Assembly: GCA_963837955.1 (NCBI GenBank)
Contig: CAWIPH010000001.1
Span: 480,001-544,000, forward strand
Length of the DNA stretch: 64,000 nt
Origin: an uncultured Verrucomicrobiae bacterium
Lineage (GTDB): Bacteria > Verrucomicrobiota > Verrucomicrobiia > Chthoniobacterales > JAFAMB01
Direction: 5' to 3'
Shown here: positions 41,289 to 51,263 of the stretch, piece after piece
Layout: each line of letters begins with the position of its first letter
Numbering within the stretch: the first letter of the stretch is position 1
Position numbers and translations under genes: made by a program
The notes under the pieces: generated by a model
Told to the model about the DNA's origin: nothing
Database searches by the model: none
What the model saw: only the letters and a program-made list of their open reading frames with translations

Positions 41289-42809
41289 ATGGCAGAAGGA
41301 AACGAACAGCCCGCTTTGTTGGGCGAAGATGCGGAGCCGGAAAAAAGGCCGAAACGGACTCGTTCCGTGGCCGGTTCCAATGCAAAGAGGACATCAGCCC
41401 GAAGGAGTGGCGGGAAGCGGCCGACTAAATCGAACGATCAGGCGGCGAGCGCTGCAGGTCAGTTATTAAAAAAGGTTAATGAAGAGATGCCCTTGAACGA
41501 AACGACTTCCCGGACCTTGGACAGTTCCGCTCGATCCGATGCGGTTCAACCAGCCGGAAATGAGGTTGCTCATTCGGAAGTAAAATCGGTTGCGGACGAT
41601 CAGGTGAATGGGTCTCCGGCGATCAATGAAGTTAGAGAGGCGACCACGGGCGAGAACGGCAGACATCGTGCGCACGGCGAGGTGACTGTCGAACAGCCGA
41701 GGCCCGAGCCGGTTTATGGTGAAGGGCTGATCGAAGTCTCAGGCAAAGGGTTCGGTTTTCTCCGCGACCCGAAACGCAATTACGTTCAATCGCCTCAGGA
41801 TATTTTTGTTACCCCGGAAGTGGTGCGAAAACATGCGCTTCGCGATGGCTTATGGATCAAGGGAGAGATTCGGCGCGGTAGTCGCGGACCCCAGCTATTC
41901 AAGCTAACGGAGATCAACGGGGAGGATCCGGACCGATACCGCAATCTGCCTGTATTTGAAGAGCTCACCTCGATCAACCCAGTGGAACGGATTCGTTTGG
42001 AGACAGTGCCCGATCGATACACCACGCGAGTGATGGATCTCATGACGCCGATCGGTAAGGGACAACGCGGCTTGATTGTTGCGCCCCCGCGAACCGGGAA
42101 GACGACATTGTTGCAGCATATCGCCGATGCGGTTGTCCGAAATCACCCAGAGACCAGCTTGATCATTCTTTTGGTGGATGAACGGCCGGAAGAAGTGACC
42201 GAAATCCGCCGGACCGTGCCCAAGGCGGATATCATGGCGAGTTCGAATGACAGCGATATCAAGAGCCATACCCGGATCGCGCAACTAGCAATCGAGCGGG
42301 CCAAGCGGCTCGTCGAGGCAAATCGCGATGTCTTTGTTTTAATGGATTCGTTGACTCGGGTCGGTCGCGCTTTCAATAACGCCAGCGCTGGGAGCGGCCG
42401 GACGATGAGCGGGGGTATGGACTCCCGAGCGATGGAAATTCCCCGCAAGCTTTTCGCTGCGGCCAGAAATACGGAAGAAGCAGGTTCTCTGACGATCATG
42501 GCTACTGCCCTCATTGAGACCGGCTCTAAAATGGATGAGCTGATCTTTCAGGAGTTCAAGGGCACCGGAAACATGGAAATGGTCTTGGATCGTCAGATTA
42601 GTGACCAACGAACCTATCCGTCAGTAGATATTTTCAAGTCGGGAACCCGGCGAGAAGAGTTGCTCTTGCCCGAACGTGATCTTGAAAAGATCAATACGAT
42701 TCGCCGCGGTCTGGCCGGCCATCGACCGACAGAAGCAATCGAGCGGCTTCTTTCGTTCCTGCGTAAGTTTCCGACGAACGCGCAGATGTTGCGCGAAATT
42801 CCGGGTTAA
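41289..42809 (+). CDS. rho: Transcription termination factor Rho with N-terminal extension
   Basis: GFGFLR, PIGKGQRGLIVAPPRTGKT, DERPEEVT, EFKGTGNME, SGTRREE. Confidence 0.97.
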   Translation: MAEGNEQPALLGEDAEPEKRPKRTRSVAGSNAKRTSARRSGGKRPTKSNDQAASAAGQLLKKVNEEMPLNETTSRTLDSSARSDAVQPAGNEVAHSEVKSVADDQVNGSPAINEVREATTGENGRHRAHGEVTVEQPRPEPVYGEGLIEVSGKGFGFLRDPKRNYVQSPQDIFVTPEVVRKHALRDGLWIKGEIRRGSRGPQLFKLTEINGEDPDRYRNLPVFEELTSINPVERIRLETVPDRYTTRVMDLMTPIGKGQRGLIVAPPRTGKTTLLQHIADAVVRNHPETSLIILLVDERPEEVTEIRRTVPKADIMASSNDSDIKSHTRIAQLAIERAKRLVEANRDVFVLMDSLTRVGRAFNNASAGSGRTMSGGMDSRAMEIPRKLFAAARNTEEAGSLTIMATALIETGSKMDELIFQEFKGTGNMEMVLDRQISDQRTYPSVDIFKSGTRREELLLPERDLEKINTIRRGLAGHRPTEAIERLLSFLRKFPTNAQMLREIPG

Positions 42810-42965
42810 TGAGGCCAATCCGGCGTATGCCGCATTAGGCTTTGCCTCACCATTCTGGGGCTCTGTGCAAGCTCTCGCGGGTTTGAACCTTACAAATCCA
42901 GCTCGCCAATGATTTCTCTTGTTCGGGGTCCCGTACTCGACGAAGGAACGGTTCTCGACGCAGCT

Positions 42966-44003
42966 ATGACCGCTATTGCCCCAGCTCTTTGGCGCCAACC
43001 ACATCCATTCCTTTTAGTTGTTTTGTTAGCTTGGATTGGCTGCGTTTTGCCGGTGCGCGCTGCGGAGAAAGTTGTCATTCAATACGATTGTATCCCGAAT
43101 TATGCTAACTGGGGCGCCGTAACCGCTGCCTACCAAAAGGAGACCAGTGTTCGGGTTCCACCGGATATGAAGGGGAGTTCCGCCGCGATGGCTGCGCTCG
43201 AAGCCGAAAGTCAGAATCCCCAAGCAGATTGTGCCTATTACTCTGGGGCGATCGGATTCCAAGCGGCGAAGAAGGGGCTACATCAACCGTATAAACCGGC
43301 TGGATTCGAGAAAATCCCGGACGGGCTCAAGGATCCTGACGGTCTCTGGTTCACGGTGCATACTGCGAACATCGCAATTTTGGTGAACACACAAGCTTTG
43401 AACGGGAAGCCGGTCCCTAAATCGTTCGCCGATCTGCTGAATCCAGATTACAAAGGGATGGTTGCGTACGACGACCCGACCTGGGGCGGCACGGGGTTCA
43501 CCTTTGTTTACGGAATAAACGCCATCTTGCACGGCCAGGCGGACTTGGAGGCTGGTTTTGCCTATCTCAAGAAATTGGATGCCAACATTCTGCAGTACCC
43601 GCGCGAAAACATCTACAATGCTGTGTTGCGCGGCGAAATTCCGATCTGGATCAACGCCGATGGAAACGGTTTGAAAGCAAAGTATGTCGACCATGCTCCG
43701 GTTGAAACAATCATTCCGGAGGAAGGAACGATCGTGATGCCGCTAGTCATGGGAATGGTCAAACATGCCCCGCACGCGGACGAGTGTCGTAAGTATTTGG
43801 ACTGGCTGCTTGGCCCGATCGCCCAGAAGACGATGGCAGATTCCTTCTTCAAGCCGATAGTAAAAGTCGAATTAAAGCCCGAACTGACCAAAGAATTTCC
43901 GCCGGATTCAGCTTATGCGAAGGCGATCGTCTTGCCGCTGGAGGAAATGGCTTCGCAAGCAGACCAGGTAAAGGAGCGCTGGCTCAAAGAGGTTAAGAAA
44001 TAG
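42966..44003 (+). CDS. ABC importer substrate-binding protein (Fe3+/polyamine/phosphonate class)
   Basis: Signal peptide; ESQNPQAD, KDPDGLW, PKSFADLL.PDYKG, IPEEGT. Confidence 0.85.
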   Translation: MTAIAPALWRQPHPFLLVVLLAWIGCVLPVRAAEKVVIQYDCIPNYANWGAVTAAYQKETSVRVPPDMKGSSAAMAALEAESQNPQADCAYYSGAIGFQAAKKGLHQPYKPAGFEKIPDGLKDPDGLWFTVHTANIAILVNTQALNGKPVPKSFADLLNPDYKGMVAYDDPTWGGTGFTFVYGINAILHGQADLEAGFAYLKKLDANILQYPRENIYNAVLRGEIPIWINADGNGLKAKYVDHAPVETIIPEEGTIVMPLVMGMVKHAPHADECRKYLDWLLGPIAQKTMADSFFKPIVKVELKPELTKEFPPDSAYAKAIVLPLEEMASQADQVKERWLKEVKK

Positions 44004-44064
44004 AACGGAGTTTCCGCGAGTTTTCAGATAAGCTAGTATTAGGCGGAAGACCATCCAGTGCCTG

Positions 44065-45717
44065 ATGCGCGCAAGAGCTTTGCTTCGTGTAACGGCTTTT
44101 TTGCCGGCGGCGATTCTGCTAGTTGCGTTTTTTGGCTACCCACTGCTGAGGCTGACTTCGGCTAGCTTGATCGATCCGGAAACGTGGAGCAGGGTCGGCC
44201 GAATTTTTTCCGAATCCACGTTTCGTGATCCACTGCTCAACTCTATTTGGCTGAGCGCATTGGTAGCGCTGAGTGGCACTGGCGCAGCTCTTCTGCCCGC
44301 CTGGTATCTGGGACGATCCAGGTCTCGCTGGACCACAGTGCTGCGGGCTATTTACGTCTTGCCGCTCTCTTTCTCCGGAGTGCTTGTTGGTTTCCTCGCT
44401 TTGCTTATGCTTGGGCGAGTTGGCTTCGTGCCAAGAGTTGCCCAACTGCTCCTAGGAATTCCACTGTTGAGCGGCGCAGCCTACCAACTTACCGGTTTGG
44501 TTGCGGCGTATCTCTATTTCGAGATCCCCCGGGCAACGCTGGCTTTGGAAAGCACGATTCGTCAATTTGATGATCGGCTATTGATTGCCGCGCGGGCGCT
44601 TGGCGCCAATGCTCAGCAACGGTTTTTTTGGTTAATCCTGCCAATCCTTCGCCCCACATTGCTCAGCACCTTTGCTCTGACGTTCGTTGTTTCTTTCGGA
44701 TCATTTGGCGTCGCTCTAATCCTCTGCCACCGATTTTCGGTCTTGCCTTTGGAAATGTTCAACCGGTTTGTCGGTTTCAACGACTGGCCAACTACGAACG
44801 CGATGGCTCTGATTCTGCTTACCGTGGCCTTTCTCGTTCTCTGGTCTGCATCGCGTTACGACGATAGAGCGCGGTTTTCGATGCGTTATGGTCCCGCTAT
44901 CCAAGTTCAGGATCGAGTTCGTGATCGTGGTCTTTTAAACCTCCTAGGCCTGGCAACTCTTTTGCTAGCGCTTGTTCTAGGTGGTCCGTTGATCCTGGTA
45001 GTAGCTGGCGCCTTTCTTGATCTTTCCTGGCTAGGAGTATCAACCGAGAGCTGGTCAGCGAGCAACCTGGGCGGCACGCTCTCCGACTTCTGGCAGATCT
45101 ACCATCACGCCTTTGCGTTCAGTCTCTGCGTTGCGATCGCTTGTGTTGGTCTAGCACTTTCAATCGGTCTGGCCGCATCGCTGGCGATCACTCACTTGCC
45201 TCGGAGCCTGCAGTCCATTTGCGAATCATTTGTTCTCCTTCCTCTCTCAACCCCCGGTGTCGTTTTGGCGATCGCCATTATTCAAGCGTATAGCGTCGTG
45301 CGCGGCAATCCGCTGATTATCCTGGCGGGTCATTTGGTCTACACTTTGCCGTTCGTGATTCGTTTGTTGATCGATTCCGTTCGCGCTACGGAACTTCGCA
45401 AGCTCGAGGGCTGCGCTGCCACTCTTTGCGCCGGTCCGATGCAACGCTTTTGGCTCGTCTCCTTTCCCTTATTAAGGCGACCGTTAGTGATTTCGGCTCT
45501 AATTGTATTCGCCGTCTCTTGGGGAGAATTTAATATCAGCTTTCTTTTGAACACGCCGATTTACCAAACGTTTCCTGCTGCGCTTTACGCCACCTACACC
45601 GGCAACAGCTTCCACTACGCTTCATTGGCGACTGTCATCTTCCTGGCAGTTCTCGTACCTATTCTGTTCGTACTACAACGGTTCGGGAGCGAGCGCTGGT
45701 TAATCACGACCTCGTAA
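44065..45717 (+). CDS. ABC importer permease (two fused TM modules)
   Basis: Two EAA-like loops (AARALGA; AATLCA); about 12 TM. Confidence 0.9.
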   Translation: MRARALLRVTAFLPAAILLVAFFGYPLLRLTSASLIDPETWSRVGRIFSESTFRDPLLNSIWLSALVALSGTGAALLPAWYLGRSRSRWTTVLRAIYVLPLSFSGVLVGFLALLMLGRVGFVPRVAQLLLGIPLLSGAAYQLTGLVAAYLYFEIPRATLALESTIRQFDDRLLIAARALGANAQQRFFWLILPILRPTLLSTFALTFVVSFGSFGVALILCHRFSVLPLEMFNRFVGFNDWPTTNAMALILLTVAFLVLWSASRYDDRARFSMRYGPAIQVQDRVRDRGLLNLLGLATLLLALVLGGPLILVVAGAFLDLSWLGVSTESWSASNLGGTLSDFWQIYHHAFAFSLCVAIACVGLALSIGLAASLAITHLPRSLQSICESFVLLPLSTPGVVLAIAIIQAYSVVRGNPLIILAGHLVYTLPFVIRLLIDSVRATELRKLEGCAATLCAGPMQRFWLVSFPLLRRPLVISALIVFAVSWGEFNISFLLNTPIYQTFPAALYATYTGNSFHYASLATVIFLAVLVPILFVLQRFGSERWLITTS

Positions 45718-45722
45718 AATAC

Positions 45723-46814
45723 ATGGCGAATCTTCGAGCCGTGCGCCTGCGCAAAACGTTTAGGTCTTCCGGGCCCGATCCTCATAAGAGCGAGCGAGAG
45801 ACGCGAATCGAGATCGATCACGAGTTTTCTGAAGGGGCTATCAATGTTTTGGTTGGCCCGAGCGGATCGGGTAAAACAACCATCTTAAATATTATCGCCG
45901 GGCTGATTGATCCCGATGACGGGCAAGTGGTACTCGACGGCGTCGATATTACGCGCGAAGCGGTCGAGAGGAGGAACTTCGGCTACATCTTTCAAGACTA
46001 CGCCTTGTTCCCGCACCTGAACGTCAGCCAAAATATAGATTTTGGAATGAAAGCTCGTCGTTTGCCGAGGGAAGAAAGGAGTCGAAGACGGGACGAGATG
46101 TTGGGATTTTTCCGGATCTCGCACTTGGCGAACCGCGAAGTCCATGCGCTCTCCGGCGGAGAGAAACAGCGAGTCGCCTTGGCGCGAGCGTTGGCCACGC
46201 AGCCGCGCGTTCTTTTAATGGACGAGCCGTTGTCTGCTCTCGACGCGAGTCTGCGCATCCAACTTCGATCTGAGCTAAAAGCGTTCCTCCAGCAACTGGC
46301 TGTCACGACTTTGTACGTAACCCACGATCAAGAAGAGGCCATGACGCTGGCCCATACGTTATTGATACTTCGCGACGGTGCGCTTCAGCAGATCGGAACG
46401 CCATTGGAACTGTACGAGAATCCAATAAACCCCTTTGTCGCTGGTTTCTTGGGCGAAGCGAATTTCTTTTCCGGTACTCGGTCGCCAAGCGGTACGATAG
46501 AGCTTCCGTTTGCAGAGACCCGCCTACCGGCGCTTGCGGATGCCATAACAGTCATGGTCAGGCCGGAAGATGTTCTGCCCTGCTCCGGACCAGACGCGCT
46601 CTTCGATGCGGAGGTCGAGGAAATTGTGTTCCTGGGAGATCGAGCCCGGCTCCATCTACGGGCGGGTCCGACCCGCGTCCAAATGAATGTAGGAACGGCA
46701 GAATCGGCGCGCTATCCGGTCGGCGATAAAATTTCGGTCTGTTTTCGGGCGGCGGGCATCCGAACTTGGCCAAACGATCAGATAACTCTTCTCTCCGCTG
46801 CTCGGGCTGGTTAG
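45723..46814 (+). CDS. ABC importer ATP-binding protein (PotA/FbpC-like, TOBE)
   Basis: GPSGSGKT, FQDYALFPH, LSGGEKQR, VTHDQEEA. Confidence 0.95.
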   Translation: MANLRAVRLRKTFRSSGPDPHKSERETRIEIDHEFSEGAINVLVGPSGSGKTTILNIIAGLIDPDDGQVVLDGVDITREAVERRNFGYIFQDYALFPHLNVSQNIDFGMKARRLPREERSRRRDEMLGFFRISHLANREVHALSGGEKQRVALARALATQPRVLLMDEPLSALDASLRIQLRSELKAFLQQLAVTTLYVTHDQEEAMTLAHTLLILRDGALQQIGTPLELYENPINPFVAGFLGEANFFSGTRSPSGTIELPFAETRLPALADAITVMVRPEDVLPCSGPDALFDAEVEEIVFLGDRARLHLRAGPTRVQMNVGTAESARYPVGDKISVCFRAAGIRTWPNDQITLLSAARAG

Positions 46815-46857
46815 CTTAGCCGCCGATCCGGGCGTAAAGTCTGGAGGCAATCCAATA

Positions 46858-47802
46858 ATGAGCAGCGCAAACCCGGACAAGCTCACACCAATCCATCCTG
46901 ATCTGCCGCTGGAACATCTGGACGTGGTCTGGTTTCAGATCGCCGGCACTCTTTGCAATCTTCGCTGCAATCATTGCTTCATCTCCTGTTCGCCGGAGAA
47001 TGACAATCTCACGATGATGTCGCACGCAGAATTCCTGCCTTATCTGCGGGAAGCGGAACGTCTAGGAGTGAAAGAATTCTATTTTACGGGCGGCGAACCG
47101 TTCATTAATCCGGAAATCCTGACCATTCTGGCCGACACCCTGGCGATTGGGCCCGCTACTGTTTTGACCAACGCAACCCGGTTTACCGATTTGAATGTCT
47201 CGGCCCTGGCTCTGCTCCGGGATAGGTCTTTGTATTCGCTTGAGCTTAGGGTGAGCCTCGATGGGTTCTCTCCGGAAACGAACGATCCAATCCGTGGACC
47301 TGGAACTTTCAAGCGTATCATGCGCGGGATTAAGATCCTGCTGGAATGCGGCTTTCTGCCGATCATTACGGCGATGCGGAGTTGGGATCTGGAGGAAGAC
47401 GAGGAACGATTGTCTGAGTTCAAGAGCTCGCTCGCGGCTCTAGGTTACAGGCATCCGCGAATTAAGCTGCTGCCCTCTTTGAAGATCGGCCAAGAGGCTT
47501 TGCGCGATCGCGGTTATCGGCCGACCGAGTACGTCACTGCGGCAATGATGGATGGCTATGATGCAAGCCAGCTGTTGTGTCACAGCAGCCGGATAGTCAG
47601 TGTTCGCGGGGTACATGTCTGCCCCATTCTCGTCGATCAGCCCGATTCACTGCTCGGGTCAACGCTCAGTGAAGGGCAAAGCCCCTACCGGTTGCAACAT
47701 CAAGCATGTCTAACTTGCTATCAATATGGCGCGCTCTGCTCGAACGCCTCCGGATCAACCAGTCTGGAGAAGACAAGGCTATCGCGGCACCTGTCGAAAT
47801 GA
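46858..47802 (+). CDS. Radical SAM protein
   Basis: CNLRCNHC, FTGGEP, LTN, VSLDG; extra Cys (CHSS, VCP, CLTC, LC) in the C-terminus. Confidence 0.9.
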   Translation: MSSANPDKLTPIHPDLPLEHLDVVWFQIAGTLCNLRCNHCFISCSPENDNLTMMSHAEFLPYLREAERLGVKEFYFTGGEPFINPEILTILADTLAIGPATVLTNATRFTDLNVSALALLRDRSLYSLELRVSLDGFSPETNDPIRGPGTFKRIMRGIKILLECGFLPIITAMRSWDLEEDEERLSEFKSSLAALGYRHPRIKLLPSLKIGQEALRDRGYRPTEYVTAAMMDGYDASQLLCHSSRIVSVRGVHVCPILVDQPDSLLGSTLSEGQSPYRLQHQACLTCYQYGALCSNASGSTSLEKTRLSRHLSK

Positions 47803-47805
47803 CGC

Positions 47806-48612
47806 GTGGAATCAACCGTGAACGAATCGAAAACGATCGGGATCTTTGGCGGTGTTTACAGCAATTACCTTGCGTTGCAGTCATTGCTTCAAGATGCTCC
47901 TGGCCGGGGTATAAAAGAACTATACTGCTTAGGTGATCTCGGTGCCTTTGGGCCTCATCCGGATAGGGTCTGTCGAATTCTTCGCCAGGCAATAATTCCC
48001 ACCGTTCAGGGCAATTACGACCACTCGGTAGGAAATGGTCTAGATGACTGCCAATGCGGATACACCGATCCGCGGGACAATTATTTCGCGAAGCTCTCCT
48101 ACGATTATACGTTCGCTAAAACCAGCGTCGAAAATAAGAGCTGGCTCCGAACGCTGCCCACTCGAATGCGGATCCAACTCGGCTCCCTTCGCGTTTTGAT
48201 CTGCCATGGGTCGCCGCGGAAAACAAACGAGTTTCTTTGGGAGACGACCACGTCGGATGCGTTCCTGAATTGGCTTTTCGAGATTTATCAGGCAGACGTC
48301 ATCGTGGCAACGCACACGGGTCTCGCCTGGCACCGTCAACCATCTCCTGGGCGCCATTTTATCAATTGCGGGGCGATTGGCCGGCCTGGCAATGACGGGA
48401 GAACGACGGTGGTGTATGCATCCATTCGGCTCGGCGTGGACCAATCACTCGATGTCGAATTCATCGACTTGAATTATGACCACGAGCGGCTTGCTGCCGA
48501 GATGCGAGCTGAGCAGTTACCAGAGGAATTCGTCGAAACGATCCTGACCGGTTGGTGGACGACCTGCAACGAAGTCCTGCCGGGCAAAGAGCGAGCGCGC
48601 GGAAAGTACTAA
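47806..48612 (+). CDS. Metallophosphoesterase-like protein (atypical motif 1)
   Basis: CLGDL, QGNYD, CHGSP, THTG; GGVYSN in place of DxHxN; CQC and WWTTC motifs. Confidence 0.8.
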   Translation: MESTVNESKTIGIFGGVYSNYLALQSLLQDAPGRGIKELYCLGDLGAFGPHPDRVCRILRQAIIPTVQGNYDHSVGNGLDDCQCGYTDPRDNYFAKLSYDYTFAKTSVENKSWLRTLPTRMRIQLGSLRVLICHGSPRKTNEFLWETTTSDAFLNWLFEIYQADVIVATHTGLAWHRQPSPGRHFINCGAIGRPGNDGRTTVVYASIRLGVDQSLDVEFIDLNYDHERLAAEMRAEQLPEEFVETILTGWWTTCNEVLPGKERARGKY

Positions 48613-48690
48613 TACGTCGTGCTTGCGAGGGGATGCACTAGCCACATTTTGATGTCCTCCTGTGGGGATTCAGTGTAGCGTTTTTCTGTC

Positions 48691-49224
48691 GTGAAAACTC
48701 ACCAATCAGATCACGAAACCCGATCGATTGAAGTGGAGGTCTTGCCGCCGGAGGGCAAAGCCGACAAGCACGACGAGACGGATCCGCTACTTGGGCTTGT
48801 AACCAAGGTTATGGATACGATCTTCCGGGTTCCTGGGACTAAGTTCCGATTTGGGGTTAACCCTTTGATCGGCTTCATCCCAGTGATCGGTGATCAGATC
48901 GACGCGGCAATTTCAACCGCCGTCCTGTTCCGGAGTGTGCGGCATCGTTTACCGAAAATCGTGCTCGCTCGCATGGCATTAAATGTTCTTGTTAACGCCT
49001 TATTTCAGGGGATTCCGGTGGTGGGCGATCTGTTCACTTTTTTCTTCAAAGCGAATCGGCTGAACTACCAGTTATTGGAGAAGCATGCCGGCACAGGAAA
49101 GCCAGTAACCCGCGGCGATTGGATCTTCGTGGGGGCGATGATCGGCGCAACCTTTTTCATTGCAATCTCGTTATCGGTTTTGCTGATCTACCTGGTCTGG
49201 TTCAGGGACCCGCGCTGGTGGTAG
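48691..49224 (+). CDS. DUF4112 domain protein
   Basis: MDTIFRVPGTKFRFGVNPLIGFIPVIGD, IPVVGDLF..FFKAN. Confidence 0.9.
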   Translation: MKTHQSDHETRSIEVEVLPPEGKADKHDETDPLLGLVTKVMDTIFRVPGTKFRFGVNPLIGFIPVIGDQIDAAISTAVLFRSVRHRLPKIVLARMALNVLVNALFQGIPVVGDLFTFFFKANRLNYQLLEKHAGTGKPVTRGDWIFVGAMIGATFFIAISLSVLLIYLVWFRDPRWW

Positions 49225-49378
49225 CAGGGTCTGATGTTTCGGGAATGGTGCAAGGCCAAATAGGCGGGGAGCTGGACCATTTCAGCCGTCCTTTGGGACC
49301 CATTTGTCTTTTGTTACACTAACCAGCGCCCAAGCACAGGCCTACTTTCACGCTATCCCTCCAGGGCGGATTCCTTGA

Positions 49379-49394
49379 ATGTAAGTTTTTACAT
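49379..49394. promoter_or_regulatory. Operator-like palindrome ATGTAA-N4-TTACAT
   Basis: Perfect 6-bp inverted repeat ~230 bp upstream of the isomerase gene. Confidence 0.35.
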
Positions 49395-49620
49395 CCGGTC
49401 ACCGGAGTTCACTGGACTGATTCGATGTGAGCGTATTTACTGGTGACGCTCGCTCTCCCAATGTGCGGGTGGCGGCACCATCTACCCCCCAAATTATGAA
49501 CGCGGCATGGGTGTGTAGCAGTTGACCGGGCTCAGCAGACAAGATCGGGTTAAAAAGAGTCATCTGCTGTCTCCTGCTTCTTGCCCGATCCGTTCATAGC
49601 TGGCAGGGTAAATCGCATTA

Positions 49621-51225
49621 ATGTCTATGAATACTGTCTATCTCGTCGCGAATGGCGATTTACGTCTGGCCGCGAATCAAATGTGTGAGCCGGCGCAAGC
49701 AGCGATGGAGAAAGCTCTCGTCGCCGCGATCCAGAAGGAGGAATTTTTCGTAAAACGAGCCCATCCGTTCGACGAGAAGAAGGGCCATGGCTTCATCGAT
49801 AGTCAGAAATTGGGAATCCAAATATTTCATTCCATCCCCAAAGACGCGCCGGTAATTGTTGCCGAATCGGTGTGGCAATACAGCCAACATATTCTCCCAG
49901 GCCTATTTGCTCACGAAGGGCCGATTCTTACTGTTGCGAACTGGAGCGGTACTTGGCCCGGTTTGGTCGGATTACTCAATCTCAACGGTGGTCTAAAAAA
50001 GGCGGGAGTTAAATTCAGTAGTCTTTGGAGCGAAGACTTCAAAGACAAGTTCTTCGTAAAGAAGCTCCGGCAGTGGCTAACGAGTGACAAGGTCAATCAT
50101 GACTCCTCCCATGTGATGAAATTCAAGGAGGTCAAGATTCCCGGTGAACCACGCAGGTTGGGAGAAAAATTTGCCGGCAAATTCCGGGAGCACCAATGGA
50201 TCCTCGGCGTGTTCGATGAAGGCTGCATGGGAATGTATAATGCGATCATTCCAGACGAATTGCTGAGCCCTCTCGGAGTCTACAAGGAGCGGCTCAGCCA
50301 ATCGACGTTGTATGCCCGGATGCTGGCCACATCAGACCAAGAGGCCCGACAAGTCTTTGACTGGCTAAAAAATCGAGGAATGAACTTCTGTTTAGGAAGC
50401 AACGAAGAGAGCGATCTCACCGAAAAACAGGTTTTACAGCAATGCAAGATGTACTTGGCTGCAGTTCGCATCGCGCATGAGTTTGGTTGCGCGACCATCG
50501 GGATCCAGTACCAGCAGGGACTCAAGGACCTGGCGCCCGCTTCCGATCTGGTGGAAGGCATTCTGAACAACACCGAGCGTCCCCCGGTTTATGATGAGGG
50601 CACGGGTGAAGAACTCTATCCTAGCCAGGCGCTGCCGCACTTTAATGAGGTCGATGAGTGTGCAGGCTTAGACGCATTGATCACAAATCGCATTTGGCAA
50701 GAGCTCGGTCTTCCACCGGAAACAACGTTGCATGACTTGAGGTGGGGCCGCCAGTACCAGGACGATAATCTCGATGCGTATGTCTGGGTTTTCTTGATCA
50801 GCGGCGGGGCACCTCCGGCCCACTTCGTCGGCGGCTATAGTGGCGCTTCGAGTGAGCGACAGCCTCCAATGTATTTCCGGTTGGGTGGGGGGACTTGCAA
50901 AGGCGTCAGCAAACCAGGCTGGGTCGTTTGGAGCCGAGTATTCGTCGACCGGAATGATCTCTGCTTCGATACCGGCCTAGCCGAGGTGGTGGCGCTTCCC
51001 GAAAAAGAGACAGCGGAACGCTGGCGATTAACGACTCCGCAGTGGCCGATCATGCATGCGGTTCTGCAGGGGATCACGCGTGATCAGATGATGGCGCGGC
51101 ATGCTTCCAATCATATTCAAGTGGCATATGCCCCAGATAAGTCCAAAGCACGGACGGCGATGTTCGCAAAAGCGACAGCGATGGCCGAGTTGGGATTGAA
51201 AGTCTACTTTTGCGGAGACATTTAG
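49621..51225 (+). CDS. L-fucose/L-arabinose isomerase-like protein
   Basis: ANWSGTWPGLVG, DEGCMGM, GIQYQQG, HFNEVD, NHIQVAY. Confidence 0.75.
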   Translation: MSMNTVYLVANGDLRLAANQMCEPAQAAMEKALVAAIQKEEFFVKRAHPFDEKKGHGFIDSQKLGIQIFHSIPKDAPVIVAESVWQYSQHILPGLFAHEGPILTVANWSGTWPGLVGLLNLNGGLKKAGVKFSSLWSEDFKDKFFVKKLRQWLTSDKVNHDSSHVMKFKEVKIPGEPRRLGEKFAGKFREHQWILGVFDEGCMGMYNAIIPDELLSPLGVYKERLSQSTLYARMLATSDQEARQVFDWLKNRGMNFCLGSNEESDLTEKQVLQQCKMYLAAVRIAHEFGCATIGIQYQQGLKDLAPASDLVEGILNNTERPPVYDEGTGEELYPSQALPHFNEVDECAGLDALITNRIWQELGLPPETTLHDLRWGRQYQDDNLDAYVWVFLISGGAPPAHFVGGYSGASSERQPPMYFRLGGGTCKGVSKPGWVVWSRVFVDRNDLCFDTGLAEVVALPEKETAERWRLTTPQWPIMHAVLQGITRDQMMARHASNHIQVAYAPDKSKARTAMFAKATAMAELGLKVYFCGDI

Positions 51226-51263
51226 CCTTGACCAAGATTTCTTTGCGCGCGGCTACTCGCCTG

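Noticed and set aside
46858..48612. Selenoprotein or recoded fusion of the radical SAM and phosphoesterase genes
   Set aside because: The two ORFs are in frame across the TGA, but each looks complete, the codon lies in a linker-like tail and I see no SECIS-like evidence
49330..49600. Possible 6S RNA or riboswitch
   Set aside because: Hairpins are present (GTCACC...GGTGAC) but I cannot match a consensus; an Rfam/Infernal search is needed
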